A stretch of 64,000 bases of DNA from Octopus vulgaris (taxonomy: Eukaryota), in NCBI GenBank assembly GCA_951406725.2, contig OX597816.1:84816001-84880000 (forward strand), read 5' to 3'. Position numbers and translations under genes: made by a program. The first letter of the stretch is position 1, and every line of letters begins with the position of its first letter. Below the pieces are notes generated by a model, which saw only the letters and a program-made list of their open reading frames with translations, did not search any database and was not told the DNA's origin. Of this stretch, positions 40,601 through 55,984 are shown in pieces.

Positions 40601-42070
40601 GACTGCTCTTTCGGCTATTTCCTGGTTTAATCCACCGTCAGCATATGTATTTTCCATAAAAAGTTATGAATGATTTAGCGAATCGTTAATGACTATACAA
40701 AAATTGATATAAAGAACCAAGAACAAGGTTTTATCATCAGGGGAAATTGTGATGGTCACTAAATATGACTAAGGGCGTTAAGACACCTACATTGCTAATA
40801 TACGAAATCGTGATATACACAATATCACGATTTCTAAGGAATTCTACCTGTACGGTGCTAATCAAGATGTGATCAGTTAGAGAACACTTCCCTCAGATGT
40901 TGCTCAGTTTGAAACTGAAAATAGAATAGTACGTAACTAAGTTGATAATGCCTACATCGTGACTCACCAATATTTAATGTACTCTCATCTATCATACGGA
41001 AAAGTAAAGACATCATCATCACCACCACCACCACCACCACCACCACCACCACCACCACCACCACCACCACCACCACCACCACCACCACCACCACCACCAT
41101 CATCATCATCAACATCATCATCATCATCACCATCATCATCATTAATATTATATTTATTATCTGCTAGCCGAATCTTTAGCGCGTCGTACATACTGCTTAG
41201 CGGCATTTCTTCGAACATTTAACGCTCTCAGACTAAATACTACTTTGATGATCAAGAAAATATCGATCACTAAAGTCGATGTAATCGACTTACATCCTCT
41301 CCCTAAAATCGTTGACCATTACCAAATTTTGAAACCATCGTTATCATCGTCACAATCACTACCACCTTCATCCTCATAGTTACAATCACCACTATTATTA
41401 TCACCATAGTCACCATCCTCCTCATCATCAGCAGCATCGTCACCATCCTCATCGTAACTACCAACATCATCATCATCCCTGTCGTCGTTGTCGTCGTCAT
41501 CATCATCATCACCATATTCTCTTCTTAAGGGTAGACGCATTTTGCACTTCGGAAGACATGAAATATAGTAGATTTGTGGTTGTCATATATATTTCAGTTT
41601 CTTGATAATCTAATTCACGGAACATTCATTCTAAGAGTATTATTGTCTGGACATTATGTATGAAATCTTTGTCTAGCAATTTTTTTTTCGATGTGGTGCC
41701 TTTTAGCACATTTCAATAAAATAACCTACGTACATAACCACTGTGACACTTCTTACGTCAACGTTCACATTTTCAATATTTCCATACCAAAAACTTAATA
41801 ACTGGACATTTTTCAATGTCAAACAAGCCACAAAAATAACATAATGGATATAATGCTTTTACAAAAGTATTCAGGCTATTCATTCCAACCTTCTTATCAC
41901 CATGCTTTTTTAGTGCATTACACAATTGCCATTCATCGCATCCATTTATCTTTGGCTTGCTTGCTTCTTTCTGTATTTGCACCTTTTCGTACGAAATGAA
42001 CACTGTGCTTCTATTTTGTTTCTGTAGGGATAGGAAGGCAGTTTATCATGCTTACTGGTTAATTTGTGCG

Positions 42071-42375
42071 GAGGCGCAATGGCCCAGTGTTTAGGGCAGC
42101 GGACTCGCGGTCGGAGGATCGCATTTTCGATTCCCAGACCGAGCGTTGTGTGTGTTTATTGAGCGAAAACACCTAAAAGTTCCACGAGGCTCCGGCAGGG
42201 GGTGGTGGCGACCCCTATTGTACTCTTTCGCCACAACTTTCTCTCACTCTCTCTTCTTGTTTCTTGAGAAACGCTGCAATGGACTGGCGTCCTGTCCACC
42301 TGGGGTGGGGGGTACACATACGCCACAAAAACCGGGAAACCGTGCCCATGAGTCTGGCTAGTCTTGAAAATGGCG
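42071..42375 (+). mobile_element. tRNA-derived SINE family B (V-SINE-like)
   Basis: Head ggcgcaatggcccagtgtttagg ... ttcgattcc. Central ctgcaatggactggcgtcctgtcca resembles the V-SINE conserved domain. Tail aaaccgggaaac. Confidence 0.8.
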
Positions 42376-45300
42376 AGAAAAATAACTGGTTAATTTCGAA
42401 GCAACCAATGTATTGCAGACAGCAGGCATTTGACCGACAGTGTTATGGAATTTATCATTTATTGTAATATTCAGGTTTGATACATTGTTTCCATCCATAT
42501 TTCTGATGGGATTTTATTCAGAAGCAGTTTTCAAGTCATTATTATTAATGTTAATCATTAAATTTTAGACTTTAGAACCTGATGTAACTTTGTTGCTTGT
42601 CAGAATCGAGTTTATCCTGTTGTTGGGAAATTGTCAGTGGAGAATTTTTAATTACAATGTTTTATTTACAATACTTATTTATTCTCCAGAGAAACGTATT
42701 TTTCTCAACAATCAGTATACCGTTTTCTACATTTACTAAGGGGTTTCACCATAACTAACAAGTGAGATTATGCTGCACTGATGAAGTCACAACTTGACCA
42801 AAACACCCTGCGATATCTACCGCACGTAACAAATACTTAAAATAGTAGTAACCAATAAATTATAATTAATTCCATTACCACAGTTATTTCTAGTTACATT
42901 TTTCATGCTTTATGCATTAAATATGTTAACACTAATTTAACTTACTTTTTTCATGTGAATGGTGTATATGAATCATTTATTTTCTTTTAATTACAATGCT
43001 GAGTTGATTTTCTCGATTCTTTGATGTTTCGCTTTTTTAATAATTTTACTTTTATCTTATACTTTAACGTATGTATATGTACGTTTTATGGTAAATATAT
43101 TTTTTGTATAGTGTATATGTAGTTAATATATTTATTTCTTCTGAATATTTTCTATCTTTTTGCCAAATGAATACAGTTTCTTGTGACAGATTTACCTGCT
43201 TATAATGAATGTTGTAGTTCCTGTTGTTTAGTATCGCGTTATACCGATCTCGTGCATTCATGATCAAGTGTGTCCAGGTAGTGACCAGTCCATAGTTTTA
43301 GGCGCAAGGAACTACATTGTCATACCAAGTAACGATCTTGCAAGTACATGTTCAACGCTATCGCTAATTGATTTAGGCAACTATGAATTTCCGAGCATAC
43401 ATAAACAATCTCAAACCTAGACCCAACAAAATATTGAAGACGTGACAACTGGAGAGAGAGTTCCAGGCTCATTGTAATTATTTTCAACAGTATGAAGTGC
43501 AACGTAAAATGAGTTGATTTGATCAAAGACACAGCACACCGCAATGAGCAGGAATCGAACCCTAATAATCGTCAGTTCAACGACCTTAATCACCAAGACA
43601 TGGCCTTGTTGAAGATAATCAAGTATGACATGAGATGATAGTTCTATTTATTTATTTATATATAATCTAGTATTTTATTTTCGGTGTTAGAGAGCTGATC
43701 AGTTTGCCTCGATTGAAGATGGGACCACTAGATTTCTCATCCCTGGATTCTGTATACATATCACTGTTACAAAGAGAAACACACACAAATGTTTTTAAAA
43801 AAGCATTCCCAAATGTTACAGTGAACGGCAAATTGTTTAAATCGTCTCCATAAGAAAGCTAAAGGTTTTAACCGCTCCGAACTTGCAGTCACGTCAAGTA
43901 GAATTTAGGGCTGCGAAAATGAATATGAACTTTGAGAACGAATCTTGCTGGAATAATCCTTTCTATTTATTTTATATAGTTTTTGTCCTCTTTTATTGAA
44001 GCTAGATTTCATGTACCTATGAAGAATGTGGAATAGTGACTGAATGCACTAAGCCTCTTGGTTTATTCAGGCACCTTACCTTTTTTGTTTCAATTCCTGA
44101 AAACTTAGAATATTGTTTACTTTCTTAATAGTTTAAACCCATTTTTCCCATACAGCATTTATTTATTTTATTTATTTATAATCCATTTATATGTTTTATT
44201 TGTTGTAATATCTCACGTGGTAGAAATGATGTGATTGTCTTATTTTCAAGGCCTCTAGCTCTCTTCACTTTTGGTAGGAAGATTGTTTGGACTTGTCTCA
44301 GTCAGCTAGATTTATAAGATAAGGATATTATTTTATTGAAGCAGTAAAACTCATATAAGTGTATTACATAATACTGTTTTATCCAGTAATATTGGATTGT
44401 ATCTATTCCATATTCTTACCTTAACTTCTATTATGTCTGCTGTAGTATTAACCGCCCATACTTGTGATAATACATGGATAAATCATTCTTGTTGTTCACT
44501 CCATGGTTTAGTTATTTGTTTTCTTTTTAACTTCCTATATTATTATCCAAAATATTTTTATTTCTTTGTCTGAAGATTCTGTACCTTAATGGGTTTTCTG
44601 TTTAATTTCCTCTGAAAGTTTTGTTTACCTTCTCAGATGATTTTCTTTTCTTAGAGAGTTCGACATCATCAGCCTGAGTTACTATAAAAAGCTCTGTCTT
44701 ACTTTATATCATTTATAATTATTATATCTATTTTGTTTTCTTTTCTGTGTCCTTATTTCTAATTCTAATTAACTTGTATGATAAGGACGCTAGCATTTAT
44801 GTTAAAGATAACCAGCTTTTTGTGTCATGTATTCAGTTTACATGAAAATTATCTCTTCAAATGCTTGTTTAATTTCACTTATCACGTTTTCTATGCGTCT
44901 GTATTCATCTGTTTGTATAGCACTAGACTTTTTTTTTACTACTCCTATTTTACAGTGCTATAGCAGTTATATTGTATTGAAGCGTTCGTTGATTCTATTG
45001 TAGTTACATTACAAAGTGCTGTACACCATATTTTTGTTTTGTTCTGTTCTTAGGTAAATCGTGGTGCTATTTGTATTTTTTGAATAAAAGTCATTAAATG
45101 TTTTCCCATACAGTTTCTTATTAAAAATATTCTTATCTTTCGTAATATTATGCTATTTTCATTTATGGATGAGACTCAAAATTGAAATTTCGCCAAGTTT
45201 GGTCAGTCGATGCTGTGAAGTTACAAAAACCTAAAATTAAACACGTCAAGAATTTTCGTGCCCCGAGTCTCTAATTTCATGCTTTTGTGATCTCGGAATA

Positions 45301-47013
45301 CTCTGATGTTAACCACTTGTGTGAGACACAAATTGGTAACATTTTTACTATTGCTTTGCCTCAGCAGAATAACGTACGTTTCTACGACATTGTTTCCCTT
45401 CTCACTTGGTAGACCTCTGGCTTGTTATTATTCTGTTTATTTTTCAGTTCAACAGAGGTGATGAATACCCTTGCGTCATCTCTTTTAAGAACATAGGTCT
45501 CACACTATCATCAACTTGAGAACTTTTCAATGTTTCTGAAGAAATCGGATCGTTACTTATGGTTATAGCTTGACTATCATTCCCAAGGTCATTGTCACAG
45601 AACAGTTCATTTTCTTTGCAACCAGCATGGAAATTCTCATCTGCATGTTCAGACACCATTAAACCCACCACTGCTGGCCAGCTGAATAGGGAGGACCATT
45701 CGAAGATTAAAATCTACAGTCAATTTGTAAACATTTGAATGCGTATTGCTCTAAAGGCAAGGTTTCATAGAGTGTTACACCTCAAAAGCAAGTGTTAAGA
45801 GTTCTTTTAAACATTATTTGTTGCTACTTAATTGATTCTAAGTGACATTCATTTACACGGCACCCTAATTCATCAGTGCTACTGTAAGACACTAGTATAG
45901 AATAGTATACTCCGAAACTCTGCGATAGTTGAAAATAATTATGGTAGTCCTTTGGGATAAATTATTCCGTATGTGATTGAATCAATACATGTTGGTTAGA
46001 TTATATATAAAGATTTTGTAAAATGTGAACGCTACCAAAATTTTCTTATAGTCACCAATTGAGTATGGAAATAGGAAATTGTAAAATACCATAGCAGAAA
46101 CAGTGGAAACGGAGAAATCTGACACGTTAGATGCTTTTAGAAAAGGGACCGTTGTCAACAACACAATAGTTGCAATCATTGCCGTTTCTTCGGAGTCTAA
46201 TAGGCAGCATTGCTCTTATATAGAGCGAAACACAAACCATGAATGCTTTTGCCTGATGTGCAGTGGCGAGTTACAACATCAGAGCTGTCACACGTCCTCT
46301 GTTTTTATATCAATATTTCATTTACAATAAGGTAAAAGTAATGAAATCACAGCAAGGGCCTTAATCATTGTGCATTTTATGTCTCATCCAACTTTCAGTG
46401 TATTTGTCTCAAGTTAAGAAATAATTCATATGGGTTCACAAATCAGTGAGAGTAACTGACAAAATGCACTGCGGCGTTGTGATGTATCTTTTTATATCTT
46501 CTAAGTTTAATTTTATTTGCCGTTAAGACTTTGCTTTTCATTCTCCGGGGATCGATAAAATACGCACGAATCAAGTATTTGAGGTTTATCTAATTGACTG
46601 CAATGCTATCTTAAATTTTTGTTCAATTGATTGCTGTTCTACCTTTAGTGTGTGTTCATGTGTAAATGTTTAAAAAAACCCAATATCATTACTACGATTA
46701 TAATTATTTGCTGAATGAAATAGTGTGCTTGTGTGCACGAGGTGGGGGCGGATATTAAGGTGAAGGAATGGATACAACTATTTTCAAAATTTTACTTACG
46801 TCCCTTTACACATTGACTTCAAAATCATGATGATTGACTTTTCTTTCATCTTTATTTAGGGGGTCGATAAAATAAGTACTTATTCTGTACAGAGTCGATG
46901 AGATCGATTACACTCCGAATGTCAAATTGAGAAATCATCATGATTACTTTGTCTATATATTAAACGTCGTCAAATCATCATCATCATCATCATCATCATC
47001 CTCATCCTCATCC

Positions 47014-47044
<31 letters not shown>

Positions 47045-47750
47045 TGGTAGTATTAGCAATGTTGGCGTTATTGCTAGCCATTTTCCCTTCTTTGTGTTTG
47101 TGCAGTGTGTTTTTGTTGTTGATTTGTGTTTATATTTTGGCGTCTTTTGTTCCTTGACACTTCAATATTTTCACTTTGGCTTGATGATAAATTGGTTCTA
47201 ATCTACGACAGTTGAATATTAGTCGCGTTTACCACCATCACCATCGCCATCAACCCACCACCACCACCACCACCATCACCACCACCACCACAATCATCGC
47301 TATCGCTACTACAACTACTACCAAAACTAGTATCACCACTACGAGTACGACCACCAGTACTACAATCACTAGGATCACCACTACCACCACCACCACCACT
47401 GCGACGCCTTGCAGCACGAACGCCACCACCATCAATATTATCACCACTACCACCACCACTAGTTCAGAACCACCTTCAGCATCACCGGCACTGCAACCAA
47501 AATAACACCACCACTAACAAAAACTCTGTCATTCCAGGGTAAAAAAATGAGGAGAAAGAAAGACAAATGTATCTTTGGGCCAAATTTGATAAACTCTACA
47601 AAAACCTATATATAAAAAAAGAAAAAAAACAACAAAGAAGGAACTAAAAATTAAAATAAAAACAATGAAACAAACAACGAAAGAAAGAAAGAAACTAAGA
47701 AACAAACGAACGAATGAACGAAATGCGAAAAATGATCGAACGGAAAGAAA

Positions 47751-47800
47751 CAATAATAATAATGATGAAAATAATAATAATAATAATAATAATAATAAAG

Positions 47801-47879
<79 letters not shown>

Positions 47880-47911
47880 TGATGATGATCATGATAATAA
47901 TAATAATAAAG

Positions 47912-47975
<64 letters not shown>

Positions 47976-48131
47976 TAGTAATAATAATGATAATAACAGC
48001 AAAGAAAAAAACATACACACAAAGAAAATAGAAGTAATGTAAAGAAACAAATCAACAAACACAGAAAATGGACGACAAGCTTATGAGTCTGGCTGTCAAC
48101 ATCTTATGAAGATTGAAACACTAAACAAAAC

Positions 48132-48188
<57 letters not shown>

Positions 48189-48365
48189 TTGCTGTTGATG
48201 ATGATGAGGATGATGGTGATGATGGTGGTGGTGGTAATGATGAGAAGAAAAAGAAGACAATGACGACAACGACGTCGACGACGAAGACGAAAAGAAGAAG
48301 AAGAAGAAGAAGAAGAAGAAGAAAGAAGAAGAAGAAGAACAACAACACCATCAACAACAACAATA
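47751..48365. repeat. Long (AAT)n plus (GAT)/(GAA)/(AAC) compound array
   Basis: Directly visible. Confidence 0.95.
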
Positions 48366-48637
48366 AAAAACGTGGGTGTGTGATGGACAGTTGAGTACGA
48401 ATGTTATGTATACGTACTTATATATCTCTGTCTGGGTTCACGTCGGTTGTGACGAGTGCGGTGTATAAAGTATACATACATACATACATACATACATACA
48501 TACATAATTGTATCTATATGTGTGGGAGGGTGGGGGTAGGATGTTGGTAGGTGTGTTTACGTATGTACATAAGTGTGTAACGTATCTATGTATCTATATA
48601 TCTCACTTTTGATGTGCCTAATTTGTGGAGAGCGGGG

Positions 48638-48698
<61 letters not shown>

Positions 48699-48755
48699 GT
48701 CCTCTCATATTTCTGTACGTATGAAGGTTTATGTATGCGCATCTTTGTATATTTA

Positions 48756-48791
<36 letters not shown>

Positions 48792-49106
48792 ATGTGTGTG
48801 TCTACATGTATATATGTATATGTGTGTGTACGTACATATACAATGTACATATATGTTTATAAGTGTACGTATGAGCGTGTTTCATAATTGTGCTGTGGAG
48901 AGCTGCGTGTGAGTTTTATATCTGAGAATTCAATCTATATGTGTATGAGTAGGCGTGTCAGATTTTAAGTATGCATAAGTATGCGCAAGAGAGTGTTAAT
49001 GTGCTTAAATTTATGTAACTCGAGTGACGGTATATGCGTGTGTATGTTTCTGAATTTACGTGTTTGCGTAGGAGTGTTAATGTGAATGTACACAATTTGT
49101 TGAAAA

Positions 49107-49233
<127 letters not shown>

Positions 49234-49459
49234 ATGTGTATGTCTGTATGAGGGTGTATGTCGGTTTGTGTATAGCTGTGTATGCATCTCTTTCCATATA
49301 TGTGAGACGAGTGAAGTGCTTGTGAATTGAATGTGGGCGTGCGTATAAGCGTCTTATTTGGAAAGTGTGGACGAGTTGAAAATATAGTGTATGTGTAGGC
49401 ATGAATCCACGTGTCCACCGAAAAGTGTGCGTATTTGTGTGTGTGTGTGTGAGTGTACA

Positions 49460-49506
<47 letters not shown>

Positions 49507-49951
49507 ATGTGAGTGTGTGTGTATGTGTGTTTGTGTGTGTGAGTGCGAGTATGTATGTGGTGATGTGTCTGCGTCTGTGCGTGAAATGTGGAGGCTTGAA
49601 GAGTTCAGCGTAAATTTTTACTCCTGCTTACGCAGTCTAGAAGACTTGTGTAAATGTATGTGTTTTTGTGTGTTTATGTGAGTGTGTGCGTGTGTGTTTG
49701 TGTGTGTGTGTGTGTGTGCTTATGAGCACCCGTGCTTTTATTTGTGAGTCTGTGTTTCACTTCGGGCTGACTATAAGGATTATTTGCGTGTTTGTACCTG
49801 TTTGCATCAGTGTAAGGTCTCAAGTCCGTGTTCTATGCATGCATATGTGCGTCTCTTTGTGTGGTGTGCAAAGTGTGTTTACCTATGCTGACTTGTTACT
49901 GTCTGCACCTGCGTCTATTAGAAAATATAACTATGTATATGTGTATGTATG

Positions 49952-50083
<132 letters not shown>

Positions 50084-50578
50084 CGAATCTAATATTTGTT
50101 TGTGTCGATGTCAAAACGCGTTAAAAATGTTAATATGGCAATATTTGTTGATGTATGTATGTATTGATATGTGAATGTATGAAAATGGTCGCCATTTTTC
50201 AAAGTGTGTAAATGTATATGTCGACTTTGTTCTTCGTTTTACTGGTATGCTTTATGTTACTTCTACGTAGATATTCACCTGTATACGCTATGTATTAGTC
50301 ACTGAACCTCTATGTATGCGTGTCTGAGAATATGTGCAAGTTTGTGTACGATTTTCTGTAGTTATGCTTAAGTACAAATAAGTATATGTAAGGAAGTGGA
50401 CGAAGGCGAAGTGAATGTGGCGTGAAAAAGCTATGTGATTGGTTAAAAATAAGATAAACAAATAAAAAAACAAAGAAAGATAATAGTTGAAATAAATTAG
50501 AACTGGTAAATTTAGAAGATGAATGACATATAAACATTTGAATTTATGGCTAAATATATAGTACATAAATACATTACA

Positions 50579-50618
<40 letters not shown>

Positions 50619-50687
50619 GTGTGTGTGTTTGTGTGTGTGTATGTGAATGAAAACACAAGTCGAGGCGTAAACTTATACATTCTCTCA

Positions 50688-50814
<127 letters not shown>

Positions 50815-51203
50815 CTACACATATATACACACACATGTACATATCTATCCATCTGTTTATCTGTATCCATCCATATAAGCATACATATATATACACATAT
50901 GAATACGTCACAGGGACACTATGTTTCTGCAAAAATAGCTATGAACTTCATCAACTGAAATTAAATAAACGTCGTCTTGTATATTCCCTGACTTGAAATA
51001 ATTATAAGAATATAGTCACAACATATCAAGAGGAGATGAAAGTTCATAAGGCTTCATATCGTCAATAATTAACCGCACAACTCCACAAAGCCCAGCAACA
51101 AACACAATCCCGGTGGTACTAAGACCTATCGATAGTTTTTAAGGTACATCAAGATATCCATTTCGATGCAGAAACGTATGAAAATGCTTGATAAATTATT
51201 CTC

Positions 51204-51561
51204 TTATCTTTTACTTCTTTTAATTATTTGATTGTGGTCATGCAAGGCACCAGTTGAAGGGTTTTAGTCGAAAACATCAACCCCAGAACTTATTCTTTTG
51301 AACCAGGTACTTAGTCTGTCCGTCTATTTTGCTGAACCGTTAAGTTACGGTTCATAAACACACTAACATACGCACACACGCTTGTGTGCATATACGGCGG
51401 GCTTCTTTTAGTTTCCGTCTACCCAATCCATTCACAAGGATTTGGTTGGCTCGAAGCTATATTAGAAAGCACTTGCTCAAGATGCCATGCAATGGGACTG
51501 CACTCGGGATCGTGTAGTCGAGAAACAATTTTTCTTTTACCACACAGCCACGCCCCCACCT
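51204..51561 (-). mobile_element. SINE family C
   Basis: gaagggttttagtcgaa ... gaaccgttaagttacgg ... gggcttctttt-agtttccgtctacc ... accacacagccacgcc. Confidence 0.85.
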
Positions 51562-54500
51562 TTAGTTGAATGCGTTGAATTATTTTGACAAATTGGATCA
51601 AAATTCAAGTATAGATATATCCAAATAAATGCGTTTCTCTTTGCCACGTCGCATCTCTGCAATATGGCAGATTATGCAAAAACAGAGACGTGAGCTTATG
51701 AAGGAAAATTAAGATTTAAGTCGATCTGAATTTTCCGCCAACGCGTGGATGTATCTTTTCCAAAGGACACCAGTTTGAAGAAACAGGATGTTGTCATAGT
51801 ATAAATATTCCTTTTCGAATATTTATACCCTGGACTGTTTTTTATATTAAGATATTTTTATTCATTCAGTTAGTTGTTCATGATATACCCCTCTAAAAAT
51901 TAGAGTATCAAGTACTCTTGGCTAGAGTACAGACACATACAGATATTTATATACACATACGTTCGCGTACTCTCTCGTGCGCAAGCGCACAGACACGTAT
52001 ACTGACACACACACACACACACGTACACACACGTATGAGTCTCTGTAGCATGATTTGTTTTTTGGTCATCTACTATCACTCCAAACAATGTATGGATGAA
52101 TCCCATTCCGATAGCATAAATATTTTGCTCTTTGCTCTCAGGTATAGTCTTTCTATATGTTTCCCTTCCTCTCTGTCGCTTGCATCATCCATAAAATGTG
52201 TAGTGGAGGCAGTATGATGTTTTGTTTGATTTTCATTTCTTCCTACTAGGTGGGTTTTTTTTACCTATCAATGAACACATCATATTACTGAGTGGGATAG
52301 CGAAACCAGAAGATTTGATGGTCTTTTCTTACTTCCTTAGCATGCTGTATGTAACTCCTACAAACCTAGAGATAATCAACACAGCCTCAAAATTTCGTCA
52401 CGCCAACCCTCTCTAATTGGAGATAGCTATGTTCCAATCAAGTGTTAGTACTCACCGTGTCCTTTTGGGCAACAATTCATGAGAGCCTTATACTCTACAC
52501 CGAGAGAAGTTATTTGAACGGAATTCATCAAATTATGCTTTGTCTTCCACAGTAAGACAAAGGAAAGGTAGTATCAGGCACTCATCCTATATCTCGGTTC
52601 TTTATCTGGCCCTTACTACAACTGATTTGCCAATGCGTGCACACGCCATGTTTTGTATTAGATACTGTTGTTTTCTCCGCTACATTTAGTTTTTGTTTTC
52701 TTCACAAACAGCTTGAACCGTTTGACTATGGGTACGAAATACTGAACTTGATTTCAGTTTCAAAGAAACGGAACTCCGTAAATTCGATATTGGGGATGAT
52801 CATAATAATGTATTGAGTACTGAATGTGTAACTGGCTTCCACGGTCTTCGTTAGGTATGTTTGGGAAACTCTATTACATTTCCTTAAATTACTCGATTAT
52901 AAAAGAGTTGTAAGAAGTTCTGTAAAAGGTAAAATAAGAGAGATTCGACTGTTATTTCTTGTAAATCGAGCGACTGCAGCACAGAAACCCCTTTGCTGAT
53001 GTACATATTAATTTTTTTTTATATATAATATTAGCATTATCATATTACCGAAAATTAGGGTTTTTGAAATCCATAGTACTTCAACCTTGGTTTAAACAGT
53101 AGTGCGTTTCCTTGTTTGCAGGATTTCGTATTAAATGTATTTAGATATTTCTTTTGCTGAAATGTAAAAGAGAACTTAGAAGTGAGTGGTTTCAAAAGCC
53201 TTTTCCCACTGTTCACAAAGGCATACTGTGGAAATGACATTAATATTTCATTTTGGTTTTAAGAAAAACTTTGAAAAGAAAGGAGATAGAAATAAGAATT
53301 TATTGTGCGCATGCGTATATGCGAATTACTTAAACGTACAGGCATACACGCGCGTACACATTCAGACGTGTATATATATGTATATATATATGTATATATA
53401 TATATATTATATAAATGCGTATGTGTGTGAGTGAGAGAGAGAGAGAGAGAAAGAGAGCGCGAATGAGAGAAAGAAAAGGTATGTCTATATGTTTATGTGT
53501 TTACGTCAAGGATTGTATGAGACAGACAAAGGGATTAGTTGTAGATAAGTATCTTTTACAAAATAAAGGAAAAATAATAAAGAATAAACAAAAATGATAG
53601 CGTCGTAGATAAATTACGCTGGGATATATCACTCAATTATTTATATTCATTCAAAAGGGATTATTCATTTGTTTATGGATTTCCTTTCCGTTACTAGTTT
53701 CTAATGCATTGACGTAAAACAAAATTAATTAAACAACTTTACAAGCCAAGCAACGAAAGCGACAGAGTTATAAGAAGAAAGGAAAGAAAAGGTGATGGCT
53801 TTGTAAAGACAAGATATCCTATGAATTCTGGTCCTCTCAGACGGGTTTGTCTAAACAGCAACGAAGATATGGTTTTTAGACATTTCTTGATATTCAAATG
53901 TATAGCAACATAAAGATGAGAACATTTCAAAAGATGAAGAAAGTGTGGTTACCTAGTGAAATGAAAAAAAATTACGTAGAATATTCAAGTGCACGAAAAA
54001 TAAAATATAATAAAAAGAATGTTGTATATTTCCATATATTGGTGCAGAATATCTTGGCATATTTTTTGTCTCTGAGCTTCTCAAGAAATTGTTGGAACAT
54101 GTCAAGATCAATTTATTTCTGTCGTATATTTTTTTTTCTCAGCAAATTTGTCACATAAATAAAACTTGTATCGTGTTTGTAAATAAAGTTTTAGAAATAT
54201 TTCTTCTGAGAGATTGTATAGGAATATATGCTTGTGGTTCGTACTTGGCGCAGCACTTCAGGCACTGGCCAATGGTTAAAATAATTTCTTTGTAATCATA
54301 AAGTTTCAGGCTCGGTTCAACCGCTCTGCTTCGTGGACAATTATCTATTGTACGCTCAGAACTACCTATGACTTGGAAATGAAATAAGACAGCCTTTCGG
54401 ATGATCAGTTCTTCTAAATTAAAGCGGCAGTTTTCTAACACGCTGTATCATAGTGGTTCTGTCTGAAAATTCGTGTTCAAGTGTCTCAAATTATAACTGA

Positions 54501-54928
54501 ACGTGATGACAGTTCAGTTGATTTATGAACTAGAATACTGTCTATCGAAACCAATATAGGACCCAGTGACTTATATCACATGTATCCTATAAACTTATTT
54601 ATTTTAAATTTGGTTTAATATCAGTATTAAACTTTATTGGACTGAATTTCTAACAATGTATTATTTTCAGGTCAGAGAATTGGTGGACTTTTAAAGCGTC
54701 GGACAAAGTGCCTTGTCTTAATTACTTTGACTGTTTACGTACTGAGTTCAAATCCAGCTGAGATCCACTTTGTTTTTCCTCTCTCTGGAATCGATAGAAT
54801 AGTGTGCCAGTGAAGTAACAGGGCCCATAAATTTACAAAAAACATCCTCATAAACGTTTGGTTTCATGTCTGTCTCAGAAAGACATTTGCTCCAATGAAG
54901 TTTCACGGCTGTAACGGTTTGACACTCA

Positions 54929-55002
<74 letters not shown>

Positions 55003-55324
55003 GCACACACATCTAATTGCTGATCCATAATCTTGTATTTCTTGAATACGAGATCATCCTTAAGTCATCCAATCTGCAAGAAATGTCACATACATTCTCG
55101 CTAAGGGAAATCTATTCCGTAAACCAAAGACATTTCACATTTGGATAACGCAAAAATGTCAGAAATAGTTCTACACAGCTATATTTCAATCATCGTTGTT
55201 TAGTGTGCCTCTACTTAATTTATTCCCATGTGACAGAGCTTTACACGCACCAGAAATATTACTATTTATTTTGTACACAAAATAACTCTTAGTGGGCTCA
55301 GCACAATGGATTTTCGCTTTCTTC

Positions 55325-55357
55325 CTGATGAAGCATAATGATGCAGAAACACGTGTC
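55325..55357 (+). ncRNA. Minimal hammerhead-like motif with canonical core
   Basis: CUGAUGA-A-GCAU aaug AUGC-A-GAAAC-ACGU-GUC. Palindromic helix III ACACGUGU and GUC triplet. The downstream sequence does not form helix I. Confidence 0.6.
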
Positions 55358-55636
55358 TTACTGTCTCATGGCGTCATTCATATCCCAGTGGTGTAATTTT
55401 ACATATAGTATCTATGAGGATAATTCAATTTCTGAGGTTGAATCCTCAGCGAAGGTTTTTCCACACTTGAGTATATCTTGAGAAGTTAAGTATAGCAGCC
55501 TACGTCAGTCAGTCTGTCCATTTATCCATTTATTCATTCATCCCCCCGCCCCTCCCTGCTCCTATGTTCACTCCTTTCCTGCCTCATTTCCTCCTTCCTT
55601 AGCTACTGTCTATCTATCTATCTATCTATCTATCTA

Positions 55637-55800
55637 TTTTTTTGTTCTTTTCTTCCCTTTTATGATCCCTCTTGATCGAAAACCTACGCCCCCTCTTTTT
55701 TGTGTTTCTTTTGTTTTTTGTTTTTTTCATCCCCCAAAAGAAAAGCTCTACCTGGTAACTTGTCCCATCTGTGTGCAGCCCTGTGTGGCCAATAAAGAAA
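55637..55800 (+). mobile_element. 3'-UTR-only copy of the Tx1/L1-type element, within (TCTA)n
   Basis: Ends ctgtgtgcagccctgtgtggccaataaagaaa, as does 56992. Flanked by TCTA repeats on both sides. Confidence 0.8.
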
Positions 55801-55801
55801 C

Positions 55802-55978
<177 letters not shown>

Positions 55979-55984
55979 AATCTG

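Noticed and set aside
42778-42810. CTGATGAA-GTCA caact TGAC-CAAAAC
   Set aside because: Helix II is present but GAAA is broken and there is no helix III or I; too degenerate to call.
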